The position numbers were made by a program, and so were the translations under genes. Under the pieces are notes generated by a model. The model was not told the origin of the DNA. It made no database searches and saw nothing but the letters and a program-made list of their open reading frames with translations. Positions 1 through 13,712 of a stretch of DNA of 64,000 nucleotides are shown one piece after another (position 1 is the first letter of the stretch; each line of letters opens with the position of its first letter). The DNA comes from Camelus dromedarius (lineage: Eukaryota), in contig NC_087436.1 in assembly GCF_036321535.1 (NCBI RefSeq), positions 66,156,001 through 66,220,000 on the forward strand, read 5' to 3'.

Positions 1-44
1 CATTTCTTATAACACTATATATTTAAACACTTTAAACATTTCTT

Positions 45-230
45 ACAAAACTTGCCCTATGACCCAGCAATTCCAATTTCAGATAGTTACACAAGAAAAT
101 ATAAAATGTATTCGATAATAGCTTTATACAAAAATGTTCACAGATGCTTTTTTTTAATAAAAAAATGAAAACAACTTTGTCATCCACCTATAGGAGATTG
201 GAAGTGTGCTTACATGGAAAACATACAGCA
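45..230 (+). mobile_element. Ancient L1 (L1M-type) ORF2 3' fragment
   Basis: ttgccctatgacccagcaattcca (LPYDPAIP motif) followed by degenerate L1 sequence. Confidence 0.7.
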
Positions 231-379
231 TTACTCATTACTCTCATTATTAATCTTGCTTTACCTATAAGTATCATTTAACTTTGACATACACTCCTGG
301 TTGATATAATTATTTTTAACTTGGCTTTTGAGAAACTGCATGCTTTCTGTCTTTCTTTTATTTTTCCAAGTCCTTCTTA

Positions 380-1490
380 ATTTTCTTTGTTGAATCATCT
401 CATGTTGTTGACAATCATTGGAGTGTTCCAGAATTAGAAGTTTTCTTTTCTCTTTTCTTTACAAACATTATTTTGGTGAACACATTTGGTCTCTTGCTGT
501 AAAATACAATTCACAGTTGTGTATCATTTGACTGTACCTCTCTTCTTAACTCCAGATTTGTCCCATTCAATATCTTCATTTGGAAGTCTAATTTTCTTAC
601 AATATCTAATACTGAGCCACTGGTATTTTCTAAAACATTCTATACTGCCATCCTTCTTACTTAGTTTATTATAGTATCAACCTTCCAGTTGGCCAAATCA
701 GAAAAAGAATTAGATCCTCTTTTATTACTCTTCCTTTTTCTCTCATAATCAGTCATATCTACCAGAATATTCTATGAGCTCTGTTTTCAAAATATGTTCA
801 GAATATGGGCACTTGTCTCAGTCTCTATTTCTAGGACCCTTGTTCTAGTCACCATCATTTCTTCCATGATTTCTGTGCTCGCCTCATAATTGCCTCTTTT
901 CACCACGTCCATTCGCAAAAGAGCAGATAATTCCATTAAAACAGAAAGAAGAGCATGTCATTACTCACCATTTCATATGAGTAAAGGCCAAAGTCTTACT
1001 ACATGCTCTAGCTCCATGTATCTTCTCTGACTTCATCTGCTATTACTCTCACTCACTTGATTACCTCATTCCAACCACAAGGTCATGTTTGCTATTTCTC
1101 AAAATGGACTGGGATACTTCTAGATAAGGGGATTTGTACTAACTGTTTTCTCTGACTAGAAAGAATATTTGTTTAGCTCATTCTTTTATATCTATGACAT
1201 GGAAATGTTGCTTTTCAGTGAGGCAAACCTTAATTACGTTATAAAGTGTTGCAAATGTTGTACAATGTTAATGATACCCATTACTTCATTTTTTCCCTCA
1301 TGTAATTTATCATCTCTAATTTCTATTTAGTTAGTTAGTTAGTTAGTATGTTGATAATTTCTTACCTGTATTTATAGAATTCAAGGAATTGGGAGCTGGG
1401 ATTTTTGTTTGTTTTCTTTATTCACATTTCCCAAGCATAAGACCAAGGCTCAGGATATAGAAGGTACCAGTAAACATTTCTTTAGTGACT
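380..1490 (+). mobile_element. Degenerate LINE-2 3' region
   Basis: L2-like phrases (aaaggccaaagtcttac, tctctgacttcatctgcta, gggatttttgtttgttttc, cagtaaacattt); includes (TTAG)n near 1327-1346. Confidence 0.6.
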
Positions 1491-2049
1491 AAGTTTAAAC
1501 AGCATGATTAACATAATTGATCTAATATGTCTATGTTTTAAAAAATAAGAACAACTGAAGAATACATACTCTTTTAGCATACAAAATATCTTTATATAAT
1601 TTTAAAGCAAACTGGATCATTTAAGAAAGTTTATAAATTTAAATGATTGACATCATTGAATAACATGCACTGATCATAAGAATCTTGGGCAGATATTAAT
1701 AATAAAGAAAGATAAATTTAAAATATGATTTTGCATTTAGAAACTTATAAACACAATTGTAAATAATGCATGAGTTAAAGAAAATACTGCAAATTTTAAA
1801 ATACTATAAGCTATGCTATGAAAAAACCACAGTTCTGAATATTTATATTTGTAAATATCTCATGATTCAAAAAAGAAACAATCAAGTTTTAAAATAATTT
1901 GAGCTCTTCCATGAGAAAAATATATAATCTTGCGTGCTAGAATCAAAAAATTAGAAACACTAAAAATGTATTTTTAAATTTACTTCTAGGCAGTTACAAA
2001 AAGAATGACAAAATTTTAAAATGTGACAGATTTTAGTTTCTAAATCTTG

Positions 2050-2560
2050 TTGAAGAATATGTGCTCTTCCAGCAATGTGACTGACTCTCCTCCCAACAAA
2101 GGTGTGGTCTTCATTTACTCCCTTGAATCTCAGCAGAAATTTGTGACTATTCATTTAAGTAGAATATATCAGAATGATGCTAAGTCAGTTCTGAGGCTTG
2201 GTCATCAGAAGCATATAGCTTCCACCTGACTTGGACTGCCTTCTGGAAAGTGCCGTGGGAGACATGAGTGGACGTGTAAAAAGTCCAAATACTCTGAAGC
2301 CTCTATGCTAAAGAAACCACATGTAGAGGTCACATAAAATAAACATGCCCAAGGAACTTCAGCTGTACTGGCCCTTAGCTATTTGAGTTTTCCCAGAACC
2401 AATTACCACACTTGTAAGTAAATACACTTTGAGATGACTTCATCTCTTGGCCTTCAAGGCAATAGGAGATGCCAAATGGAGCAGAGACAATCTTCCCTGC
2501 TGTGCCCTGTCCAAATTTCTGGCTCACAGAATCTGTGAGCATGATAAATAGTTGTCAACT
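2050..2560 (+). mobile_element. MaLR LTR (MLT1-type) remnant
   Basis: cccttgaatct, gtcagttctgaggct and ccctgtccaaatttctggctcacagaatctgtgagcatgataaat are typical of MLT1. Confidence 0.7.
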
Positions 2561-2599
2561 TAGCTAAAACTGGAAATTATATTTTCAATATTCTTCTTT

Positions 2600-3112
2600 C
2601 ATATACATTTCTAAGTTAGAGTTGACCAAAACAGGAAAGTAGATAAGAATTCAGAGTTGGAAACAAAGAAGAAGCCATTACTTTCCAAAGATGTCAGGAG
2701 CAGGTCAGAGATAGACATAGAGGTGTCCAGAGGGACCACAGTATCTAGGCAGTCTTTCAGACTATTTGCCCCAGCAGCCAATAGTGGACTCAAGTCAACT
2801 GCCAAACCCTTCACTTCATTTGCTTCAAAAATAGCAAATTCCACAGATCTCTAGACTAGATTTCCCTTTACAGTTTCACTTTGACAGCTAGACATGCACA
2901 CCTCCTGCATTTCCCTTAAAGCTCAAATCTACCAAGCTGCTTCAGGGACTCAGGCTGTTTTGACCGTGATTGTACCTTATCTTCCAATTCTCATCTTTCT
3001 TATTTCACTAGCCAATTCCATTCACATTTGTGTGATTCCTAATTTCTGTAATGAACTCTTAGCCCCATAACATTTTTAATAGTTCTGTCCTAATTAATTA
3101 CTGAATAAATAC
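2600..3112 (+). mobile_element. Possible old ERVL-type LTR remnant
   Basis: Higher-GC segment ending ctgaataaataca, like ERVL/MaLR LTR ends; family not identified. Confidence 0.3.
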
Positions 3113-3281
3113 AACTAGGAGTTTATCACTTACTATGTTAAAATGTTTATGGTAAATATCAACCCATTTTTAACTCTCTAGCATATGTAAGAGGCTACTT
3201 CATTGGATAAGAGATCTTGAAAATAAAAAATATGCAAAGCAAACAATATAACTAAACTTCAAAAATTTTCATATATCTAGA

Positions 3282-3496
3282 ATGAGGTTGGCAAACATTT
3301 TTGTGAAGGGTCAAATAAGGAATATTTCAGTGTTTGTAGGCCTTATTGTCGCTGTTGCAACTACTCAACACTTCAGTAACAATACATAGATAAATGATCG
3401 CTGCTGTGTTCCAATAAAGTTTTATTTACACAAACAAACAAACAAACCTGTTAAAAGTCTGGAATTAGTCCATGGACCATAGTTTGCCAAACATGG
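3282..3496. mobile_element. MER58A-like hAT-Charlie MITE
   Basis: Inverted ends gttggcaaac / gtttgccaaac, internal gttgcaactactcaac and gctgtgttccaataaa. Confidence 0.85.
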
Positions 3497-6257
3497 TCTG
3501 TGGAATCATGTTGAAACAGGTAAAACTAGAAGAATCTGAGAATTATTCTACTTTGGCGACTACTTAATTAAAACATAGAAAACATTTTATTACACATTCC
3601 TGCCTTAACCATTCATGACTTCCTAATTCCTATCCCACATGCATCTTCCTTCCGACACTATCTTAGATATTACACTTTAGCTTTTGAAATGCTCAGCCCA
3701 TTTCCAATGAAAGTCTAATTCCACATATCAATTGACAAATTATGTAGACGTAGGGTCTCACAATCTCTTGTGAATTAGCTCATTATGGGCTCCAAGTATC
3801 CTCCCATATTTGTTATGGAAACCTGATAAATGTGTGGGATCCCTCTGTGGTTAAATGTGAAGGGAAACAGTTGTACATGAAATTCAAATTGATGGTACCC
3901 ACAGTACTGAACTTCAGCTTGTCAAGCACATGTGAGGATTTATTCCCTTTGCTCCATGCTAATAATAGCACCCTTAAAGAGTAAAAAATAGAAAGAATAA
4001 ATGCAACAGTGGTTCAAAGAGCCTGAAGAATTTAACATTCACATCTTGAGGACTTTACCTCTTTTAGGCAATGAAATCTCAGATTTATTTGGTTACCCTT
4101 CAAAGAAAACAAATTAGTTTGACATTCCTGAAACGTTTGTAATTCTATCCACAGGCAGCTTTGGAGCCTCTCCATTAAGACTCCACATTCTGTAGCTGCT
4201 GTTGTCTGTTAAAGTCACAGTAAACACTGCTGATTGCCAGCTGTTCCTTTCTTATACCATAACTGAACTTCTCAAAGTAAATCGTTAGTTGACTTAAATC
4301 CACACACATTATTTTGCCAAACAATAAAATATTCGTCTGCAAATATTACTAATGTGAATTTTGAGTAATACGATGTACTTCTCTGAGAGAAGAATTACAT
4401 TCCAAGTTACAAAATCTATTCTTAATTATACACAGGAGTTCAAATACTATTGAATAGTTATATCACTATGTTTTGACTTTGAACAGTGACTGGTTAATAG
4501 GATTTGTTTTTTCCCTCCATTTGACATGGCATTATTAAAAATGTTAAAGCATTATCAGTTAACTTCAGCAGTTGATTGTTCATTTACACTGAACTTAAAT
4601 TTTAGGCATTTAAATTTAATGTCATCCTTCTTCCTAATAATGATATTTTTAATCTTTGAATTTAATAATTAATTCAGGCAAATATTTTTAACTGAGATAA
4701 ATGGGTGTATTTTAGCATACTTAAATCCCCAGAAATTGTATGCAACCTTCTGCCTGAGATTTCTTTTTTCTGGTGGAAAAGAAGTCATAGATATTAGTAG
4801 GTTAAAAAAATGGAAGCGAAATGATCATTAAGAGGAAAATGATTGCTACAACATTAGGATCAAAAATATAACTCACCCCCCCCATTTTCTTCACATAATA
4901 ACAAAACTACAACATATATTTTAACTTGATTGTGGAAACTTAGAGTCTAAAAATAATTGTGTTTCTGGATTTAAAGCCTTTAAATTAACCTTAAAGATGA
5001 TTTTCATATCACATTCAAAAAGATATTGCATAAGATTTAAAAGAAATGATAGCAGAATCAGCGCCTTTTGCTGAAATCAATCAATAACTAACATTATATG
5101 ACAAATTTATTATAAACCAGACTCTTTCACTGTGCTTCTAATAATGACGTGTGGCCCTGTGATACAGGACAGCTATAAGAACTTCTTTTCAGGTCTGTGA
5201 TGTAATCAAAGTTGGGTCTGTGCCAGGACACCAAATGTTTTCCTGCTGTATGCCATTTGCCATTTGTAAAGTCCCAAACAAGTTTTTGTTTGCTGTTTGA
5301 TTTTATTGTTTAGATGGGTTTCTCCTTCAGTGTATTTTTAAACTACAAAATCAAGCCTTTGGAGCACATTCATCTAGCAAACTGGTGTGGGCTAGGCTAG
5401 AAGAGAGCTAGCACATAGGGCATATTTCTAATTATCCTTATATAACATTCAAGTTGAAAATAAAATAGAATTCAGTTTCAGAAGAGTGAATTAAAATAAA
5501 GACATTTAATCTTCCTGTATATTTAGTCTTATCATTTGTAAGATCTTTCAGCTTGAAACTGTTGTGATTTCAGTTTTAAGACAAATCTAGCAAATGAACC
5601 ATGAAAACAATACTACATTGATCAGGATAATGGATTGAAAGGGATGTAATGAGTATTTGTGATTTCCTCTCAAAGGAATCAAGCTATTAAACACCTAAGG
5701 TCAATTTTAGCCATCAGCTACTCAGATATTTTCACTTCAGCTACCAGGTAAATTTAATTGAGCAGAACCTGGACCTGTGTACTTGACTCAATAGTGGTCT
5801 GCAATGAACACACTTAGGTACAGTGCTAATGAAGCAGACAATCTATCTATATTCCTTCAGGCTTATTGGATTGACCTAAGAACAACACTTGTTAAATATT
5901 ATAATTGGTGGGATGATCCACTCTTCATTGCATAGAACAAGAGGAAAATAGGCTCTAGTAGAGGTGTATAGAAGATATGAGTCTTCTTAATTGAAATGTG
6001 TGAATGCTTCTAAACTGAGGCAGTGTGCTGAAAGGGAAGAACACAGGCTCTCTTATTTTTTAACTATTGAAATCCTTGACTGCATATTCGATATAGAAAT
6101 GTGTAGATATTTTAATTCTGGAAGTTCTTTTTTTTGCATATATGATTCATACTGAAAGAACTTACCCCTCCTATTTCAGTGAAATGGTGCAGATAATTTT
6201 TCATATTCAGCTACAATGCAATAAAAGTAAGTTCAAGGATGCTATTGAAAACGTTAC

Positions 6258-6455
6258 CCCGATCATTGCCATTTGCAGCAACATGGATGGACATGGAGGG
6301 CATTATGCTAGGTGAAATAAGTCAGGAAGGCAAATACTGTGTGGTTTCATTTATACGTGGAATCTAAAAAATACAACAAACTAGTGAATATAACAAAAAA
6401 GAAGCAGACTCACAGATACAGAGAACAAACTAGTAGTTATCATTGGGAAGTGGGT
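6258..6455 (+). mobile_element. L1 fragment (ORF2 end and start of 3' UTR)
   Basis: gccatttgcagcaacatggatggac, tatgctaggtgaaataagtcag, gtggaatctaaaaaa, agcagactcacagata. Confidence 0.85.
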
Positions 6456-6871
6456 GAATTGAAGGAAGGTCCCAAGCACTATGAGTTCAATAAATACTTT
6501 CCATAACACCAGCTAGGCTGTACATTCTGGCCAGATTTCAAGACCTTAATAAAGTGAATATAAAGCATGAATAAAGATGATGTCCATCATGTGATTTAGA
6601 GACAGAATGTGGAGGTTAAGGGAAGAGACTGAAACTTACTGAGCTAAGGCTCTGGAAATTTACACATTGTCAGATTTGAGTGGGGATGAATGGAAAAGTA
6701 ACTAGTATTATTGCATGCCTGTTGGGTGGCAGGTGTATTATGCATATGTTCTGCAGTATTTCATTTAATCTAACATTTTACCATAAATTTGGTGTCTTAA
6801 TTCCCATTTTATAAGTAAAAAATTGAAAATAAGTTTAAAAGTTCCATGTGCTGGTAAGGATGAGGGCACTT

Positions 6872-6905
6872 AAAATCCCACTTAGGCAAAAATCCCACTT
6901 AGGCA
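6872..6905. repeat. Perfect 17-bp tandem duplication (aaaatcccacttaggca x2)
   Basis: Read directly. Confidence 0.9.
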
Positions 6906-7329
6906 TCAACTTGGAAGGTGTAAATCAAAGCTCTTCTGCAACTGAGCATGTTTGAGGAAGGCAAAAGTTACTGCTAAATTATAATAAGAAAAATTTTAAA
7001 GTGAGTTTTCATTCATTCTCAAATTCCTTTCTTCTTGGCAAGCCTACCCTTACTTCTCCAAATAAAAATCAAATTTGAAGGACAAACATCTTTATAAATT
7101 AAATATTCAGGTTCCACAAAATATTGAAAAACCTTGGAAGTCCCAGGTATGTTAAGATATCTTTAGAGGATTTAGAAAATTACCCCAAAAGTGGAAATAT
7201 ATATATAAAAAAATTCTTTTGGTAAAATTATCTTAGAATTAAATAGGACTAGAAACTACTCATAAATGTAAGCTTTGAGCATACAGAATCTCATTTTCAA
7301 AGATGTATTATGTGTAACTTTTTTTGTGT

Positions 7330-8215
7330 TCAGCCAATTTTTTCTAGTGAAACATTTTAATTCCCTTCTCATTTTCCTATACCTAATTTTTTTTGGTTAC
7401 CATGGAGATTACATTTAGCATCCTAACATTATAACAATCTAATATGAATTCATACCAGTTAATTTCAATAACATACAAAAACTCTACTCATTTACAGCTA
7501 TGTCCTCACTTCACTTACTGATGTTACAGAATTTCATCTTTGTACATTGTGTGTCCAAAATCATAAAGTAATAATTTTAATGCATTAGTCTCTTGAATTA
7601 TTTAGAAAACAAAACAAGGAGTTGCAATGCAAAGTTACAATAATACTGGCTTTTAGACTAATAATTTTATTATGTATTAGTCACTCTAATCATGTAGAAA
7701 ACAAAAAATGGAGTTAAAGACCATTGTAACAATCATGCTAGCTTTTATAATTGCTCATGTATTTACCTTTACTGAAATTTTTATTTCTTCATATGGCTTT
7801 CTAGTTACTGTCTGTGTCCTTTTATCACAACTTTGGGAATCCCTTTAGAATTTCAGAACAAGCCTAGTGGTGACAAACTTTCTTAGCTTCTGTTTATCTG
7901 GGAATGTTTTAATTTCTCCCTCATTTTTGAAGGACAGTTTTATTAGATATAAGATTCTTTCTTAGAAGTTTTTTCTTGTAGCACTTTAAATTGATCACCC
8001 ACTGCCTTCTGACTTTCAAAATATCTGGTATGAAATCTACTGATAATATTATTGAGGATCCATTGTATGTGATGATTCACTTCTCGCTTGCTGCTTTCAA
8101 GATTCTTTGTCTCTCCACAATTTGATAATATGTTGTGGTATGAGCCTCTCTGAAGTCATCCTACATGGAGCTCATTGAACTTGGATGTTCATATTCAGGT
8201 TTTTCATCATATTTT
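7330..8215 (-). mobile_element. Old L1M fragment (ORF1 / inter-ORF region)
   Basis: ctagtggtgacaaactttcttagcttctgtttatctgggaatgttttaatttctccctcatttttgaaggacag and gctgctttcaagattct match antisense L1 ORF1. Confidence 0.8.
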
Positions 8216-11200
8216 TGAATTACATTTATATTAAATGGTGCTGCCTTTTCAAATACATTTCTTTGATAAGTCATAAGACTAAACACATTCCATTTATCTC
8301 TTATAAATGCTCTCTTAATTTTTAAAATAGTCTTCCTTCACTTCAGAGAAACTGTGTGATTCGGTAGAACCAATCTGGGACTATGTATTTTCTAGTGCAC
8401 ACATTTTGCCAATAAAGCAATGTGTAAATTCTAATTTTCTCTTCCAACATCATCCTTTGGGAGAAAAAAATGATCAACTAACACTTCTGTGTCTTCCAAA
8501 TGGAAGAGTTAAGAATGCTCAGAAAAATACATAATCCAAATCTGCAAAAAATGAAATATATTTTAATCACCAGTAGACTAGAAACAGCCATAGATTCATT
8601 TAACCTTTTAATTCTACATCTCTGATTTCTGAAGGTAAATGTTTAGTTGGCAACTCTATTGAACTTTAATTTGTAGTTAATGCTGTCTAGCTTTTTCATT
8701 CAATACCACAAACATGTATTAGTATTTTGGCAAGTTATAGCAATCTGCCTAGTGTTTTCCCAGCCTATTATTTTATTTAATCCATCAAAACATCCACAAA
8801 TGACTGTTCTCCTTTGTCTACTTTCTTTTGGTGCTGTAATTTTTCCCTGTATCATTGTCTATAGATTGTATATGTCAACAAGACATTTGAATGCTCTGAC
8901 AAATAAAACTATTTACATTTTCAAAATATTTCTGAAAAAGAACATTCTCAGTGCTACTCAGGGGCAAACTTGTTGTCATCATGGTTTATAATGCATTATC
9001 CACAAATAATAATGTAGAAGAAATATGATCATCCACTATACTCACTCTAGCAATGTCAAATTTTTAAGACTTTTTTTCCTCACATGCTATATATTATAAT
9101 TCTCAGAACATCAAACTGCTTGTTTGCTTTGCATTTCGCAGTAGCCTGTTGCATGGGTCCAGATGTAGTGTTCTTACATGGATTGACTTGAAATAGACAA
9201 AAGTGACCATTTTCTCTAAATACTTACTAAATTGTACTTCAGTTTGTCAGTCTTTTAAAACTGGACTTTTGCCATGTAGCAGTTGCCAGAAAAAAATAAC
9301 ATCTGAGTTATACCATTGTAGAACAAAAACTGATTTTACATTAACAACTCTAGATTTAATACTTTTAACTAAAAGAGAAGGAAAAGCCCTAAAATTGAGA
9401 TTCATCTATAGATTAAGCCCCTGTAGAATTCTTGAATCATTACTCATCACTGTAGATACAAGGATGATTAAAGCATGATTCTTGTCTTCAAGAAATGCAA
9501 AGAGTGTATTATCTATTAATGCAGGAAGATATGAAGTACATATAATATGATATATGGTATATAGCCTGGTATAATATAGCATATTTGAGTATAATAGAGT
9601 ATAGTAAGCATATTTGGGGGCCCAAAAGAAACAATAACCAGAACCTTCCAGAAGAGAAGAGGAAAAGAAAGGGCAGATTATGGAAAGTTTTATAAAGAAG
9701 TTGTTAATTCAGTTCATCTTTAAAGATGATTTCATAACTTTATGGTTTTGCCTCTTTTGGGGCAAACAGACATGCATGCATGCTTACAAACAGACACGCA
9801 GTTAATTGTAATGGAGATGAAAGCTTATTAGAGTCAGATTAGACAAATACCTTCAAGGCACATTTTGAATATTAAAATTTGGTCCCATACAGTTCTGTTC
9901 AGTTGGCTTAGAAGCTGGTACTACCAGAAGGCAGAGCATTATTTTCATGTACACTTAAATTAACCTTACATCCACATGTTAATTAAGTTGTAAGTGCTTA
10001 ATAAATAGTGACAAGTAATTATAATCAGGGCCTTAACATTTAAAAGTATATGTGTACCTATTCTCCTCTAATTAATCACAGGTGTGGAGAATCAGTTAGC
10101 AGGAAGAAACAGCTATTTAAAACAAAATATGTTAAATAGTAAAATAACTAAAGGAGTAATTTGCTTTTATGTTTTTTTCTCATAATGAAACTTGGTTAGA
10201 TAGTAATGAAGTTACTTTATTTAGGGAGTTATATGTATTCAAATGATGAAAGTACACAAATGAATCAAAAACAGAAGATTTTTCTAGACCAACAAAGGAT
10301 ACATTGGTGAAAAATATGGACATGTTCCCACTGATACAAGGGCTTAAATTGTGCAGGAAGACAAGGTAGATTTTAATCCAAGATCATCTGCTGTTGTGGG
10401 ATGACTTCAGGTACTGGGTTCTCAATCTCCAGCACAGAAATAAATACCAGCTTAGCAGGATAGTCTATAGAAATCAGGCAAGTTGTATGAGAATAACATA
10501 GATTATAGGTGTGTAAAATAACTTTTAATTCATTAAACAAAAAGCCAAAGTGAAATTGCACAGTTGCAGTTGTACCAACATAGAATGTCATTGAATACAC
10601 ATGATATGCCTATTGATGGTGCTTATGAATTATGTAGTTTGGACAGTTTTTCTAAATGAAAAATTCACAGATTCTAATATCTTTTTCCTCCTTGAATCCT
10701 ACACACAATTTGTGATATGCTTTTTCTTGACTGGTAAATAATGATAAAATAATATTTTTTAAATCTGCAATGATTGCATTCCTTCTTTTTTTCTTATACC
10801 CTGTAATTAATTTCAGGACAGTTGGGACCTATTTACTACTTTATAACTTCCAGATTATTATTCTTATAGTATTTAGAATCTAACGTTAGTAAATGCTAAG
10901 TACAGTTTTAATATTTAATAATAAACACCAGTATAAATCAGATTTAGTGTTTAAATTTCAAAATCATTTTCCTATAGTATATAATATTTTACAGTAGCTT
11001 TATATAAAAACCACAGTCTTTTGAGGTCTGCAAAATAGTTATAAGATAAACTTATTTGAGTAAATGTCTGTATCTTACAGAAAGAGAAACTAAGTTATAA
11101 ACAGTTATTTTGATCCCAGGAAATTATTTAATCACTTATGTTCTCTAGTTCTTATTTGGACTATATTTACAATGTCTTTGCCAAAGTTATTTAGTCTGTT

Positions 11201-11634
11201 GTATCTGTCCTCATTTTACTGAGACTTAAAAATCCTGGTCTTATCAAATATCACATATTTAATATATATGAGAACATGATTTGAAGTCTTAACTTTAGTT
11301 CCATGAGTTTATCTATAAAGCAGAGAAATAGGTGTGCACATGGTATTAGGGAAAGAGAGAAGGAAAATATAAAACTTACTGGAGGAGGAAAGATTTGGAA
11401 AAGAATTTCTGGAGACTATAACCTTGAGCTGGGTCTTGCTTGAGTATTAAAAAAGTTGGGATGAGATTAAGTGTAGAGATGAGTATAAGCGGGACAATGC
11501 ATGAATGAAAGCAGACATACTAGAGATAGTATATTGTGACTGAGGAAATATAAATGATTGTTCTGGCTGAGCAGGTATTGGATAGGTTATGGCCTGATTA
11601 TGGAGAGACCTGAATACCAGTGTAACTGGCTTGC

Positions 11635-11759
11635 TTATGTACTTGAAAATTGCTGAGAGTAGATCTTAAATATCCTCACCACAGCAAACAAAAAAGCAAA
11701 CAGAAAAATTATACAAGGTGATGGATTTATTAACTAACATTTTAGTGGCAATCATTTTG

Positions 11760-11801
<42 letters not shown>

Positions 11802-11960
11802 TTATATATATATATTTGACATATATATACATGTGAAATCACCGTGTTGTACATCTTAACCTTACACAATGTTACTTGACAATTATATCTCAATAAAACT
11901 GGAGAAAAGAAACCAAAAAGAAAATCAAAGAAAGAAAAAAACAAAAACCAACAAAACAAC
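11635..11960 (+). mobile_element. L1MA/MB-type 3' end with internal (TA)n (11762-11829) and A-rich tail
   Basis: acttgaaaattgctgagagtagatcttaaa and caattatatctcaataaaactgg followed by A-rich tail. Confidence 0.85.
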
Positions 11961-12279
11961 TAGCCAGATCATAATTCTAGTATTAATGGAGAACCACTTA
12001 ATATCTTTAAATAAATGTCCAAATTACCATTTGATGTGGCACTCTATCCATTTTGTTACAAAAATGTATATATCAACTAGGAGTGGTTTCAGTAATGTCA
12101 CATAATGTGAAAGTTAATAAACAAAAAATAATATAAAGAAAAGAACAATTCATGGCATGCTTTTAACAAATACATTTTGAGATACATTTAACTAATATAC
12201 TTGATGTGAAAAAAGTTGATTTCAGCTCTACTAATTACTGACAGTGTGACTGTGGACAAGTCATCTATCCTATATATTT

Positions 12280-13054
12280 TTGATTCTTACTGTTAGCACT
12301 AATACTATTTTTAAATGGGTGATAGTATTAGGTAGTTAGATAAGTGGGGGCACTGGGCAGATAGGTGGAGGAGAGGGAAGGTAGTCCAGAAGATGGCATT
12401 TTGCCTGCCTCTTAAAGCGACTTGATTTCTAAATGAGTGTCAGCAAGAAACTGGTTAAAACTCCACAGCCATGACTGTGCAGTAGCAGAAAGGACTTAAC
12501 CAGATAGCACCAATGCTTATTGTATTATAATTAACATTGTGATTTAGGCACCTGCCCCACAGGTTTTTCTGTATACACCTTGGGTAAGGACATACACAGA
12601 GGGGCCGAATGTAACTAAGCATTCCAGGGAAAGGAGCCATCAATCAAGAGACCACCTCTAAGCAAGGGTATAAGAGAAAGGGGAGATAAAAACCACCACT
12701 TTTCCTCCCTTGGGTCAGCCCACCTCCCATTCTTGGAGGGGGGAGTACTTTTCCTTTCTTTTCAAATAAATCTTTTAAAATTTTCACTACAAATGTACCA
12801 TCTCCCAACCGTAAACTTATCTTTCGAGTATGACAAGAATCGGAGTCTTTACCTTTTGGGGCAACAATACTTTATTGTATGCTTGTTGGTGGGGTTGTTG
12901 TTGGAGCAGGTGTATCCTGTAGGATCTTCAGCAGCACCTCTGGTTTCTACTCTCTACATGCCAGTAGTAACTTCTGACTCCTGTCAATCAAAAATGTCTC
13001 AAGTATTGTAAAATACTTCCTGGGAATAAAAGCACTCATGTTGGTAAGCCACTG
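12280..13054 (-). mobile_element. MER20-like hAT MITE, split by the LTR (12280-12325 and 12867-13054)
   Basis: tgtaggatcttcagcagcac, atgccagtag, caaaaatgtctc and terminal ccactg follow the MER20 reverse complement. Confidence 0.75.
12326..12866 (+). mobile_element. ERV1-type solo LTR (about 541 bp)
   Basis: Ends tatt (for tgtt) and aaca, near-identical 4-bp flanks atag/atac, TATAA near 12668, AATAAA at 12765, GC-richer than its flanks. Confidence 0.75.
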
Positions 13055-13712
13055 CAGTATTCTCTCTCAAAATTCGGTGTCTTCAGTAATACTGTGAGGA
13101 CTTGGGGAATATTAAATGAAAATATGTAGTTCCTGTTTGTCAATAAATGTTAACCCTTCATGTTTCTTTTTTATTTTGCTATAATATTTATTAATATATA
13201 GGAGTGCTTTTTCCTTTGTGAAATATAAATCTGTAAATCATAGAGGAATATTTTTCACAAAGGATTACTTCATTATATACAAATTATATACATATGTTTT
13301 TCTCTAACTGTTTGAAAAATAAGTTATCAATAAAGAAAGTTATGATCATGTTAGATCTTTGGGGGGAATGGAAGAGTGAGAAGACATAATTTACCCAAGC
13401 AGGGAGGTACAACTATGTGTTTTGAGACAATGGAGAAAGCAGAGCCCCAAGAGGAAATAATTGCTCTTGTGAAATTTGAAACCCCTGAATAACTCTATTA
13501 AATAAAGAAATGGTAATTAGATAAATAGAAATAAGTAATAAATGTAGGTGTATATTGAATAGATAGATAATCAGGTAGGTAAGAATATAGATGTTGGAGC
13601 TAGAAAAGAGGTGCCAAGAAGAGAGAAGGTGCTGTAGTTCTCTATTTAGTATAAACAGTATTCCACATTGTTTTTTTGCATCTAATCTAGACTGCAGGTG
13701 ATGATTACCTAC

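Noticed and set aside
5040..5460. Apparently repeat-free stretch with TGACGT and CCATTTG motifs as an enhancer
   Set aside because: Short motifs only; no support without conservation or chromatin data.
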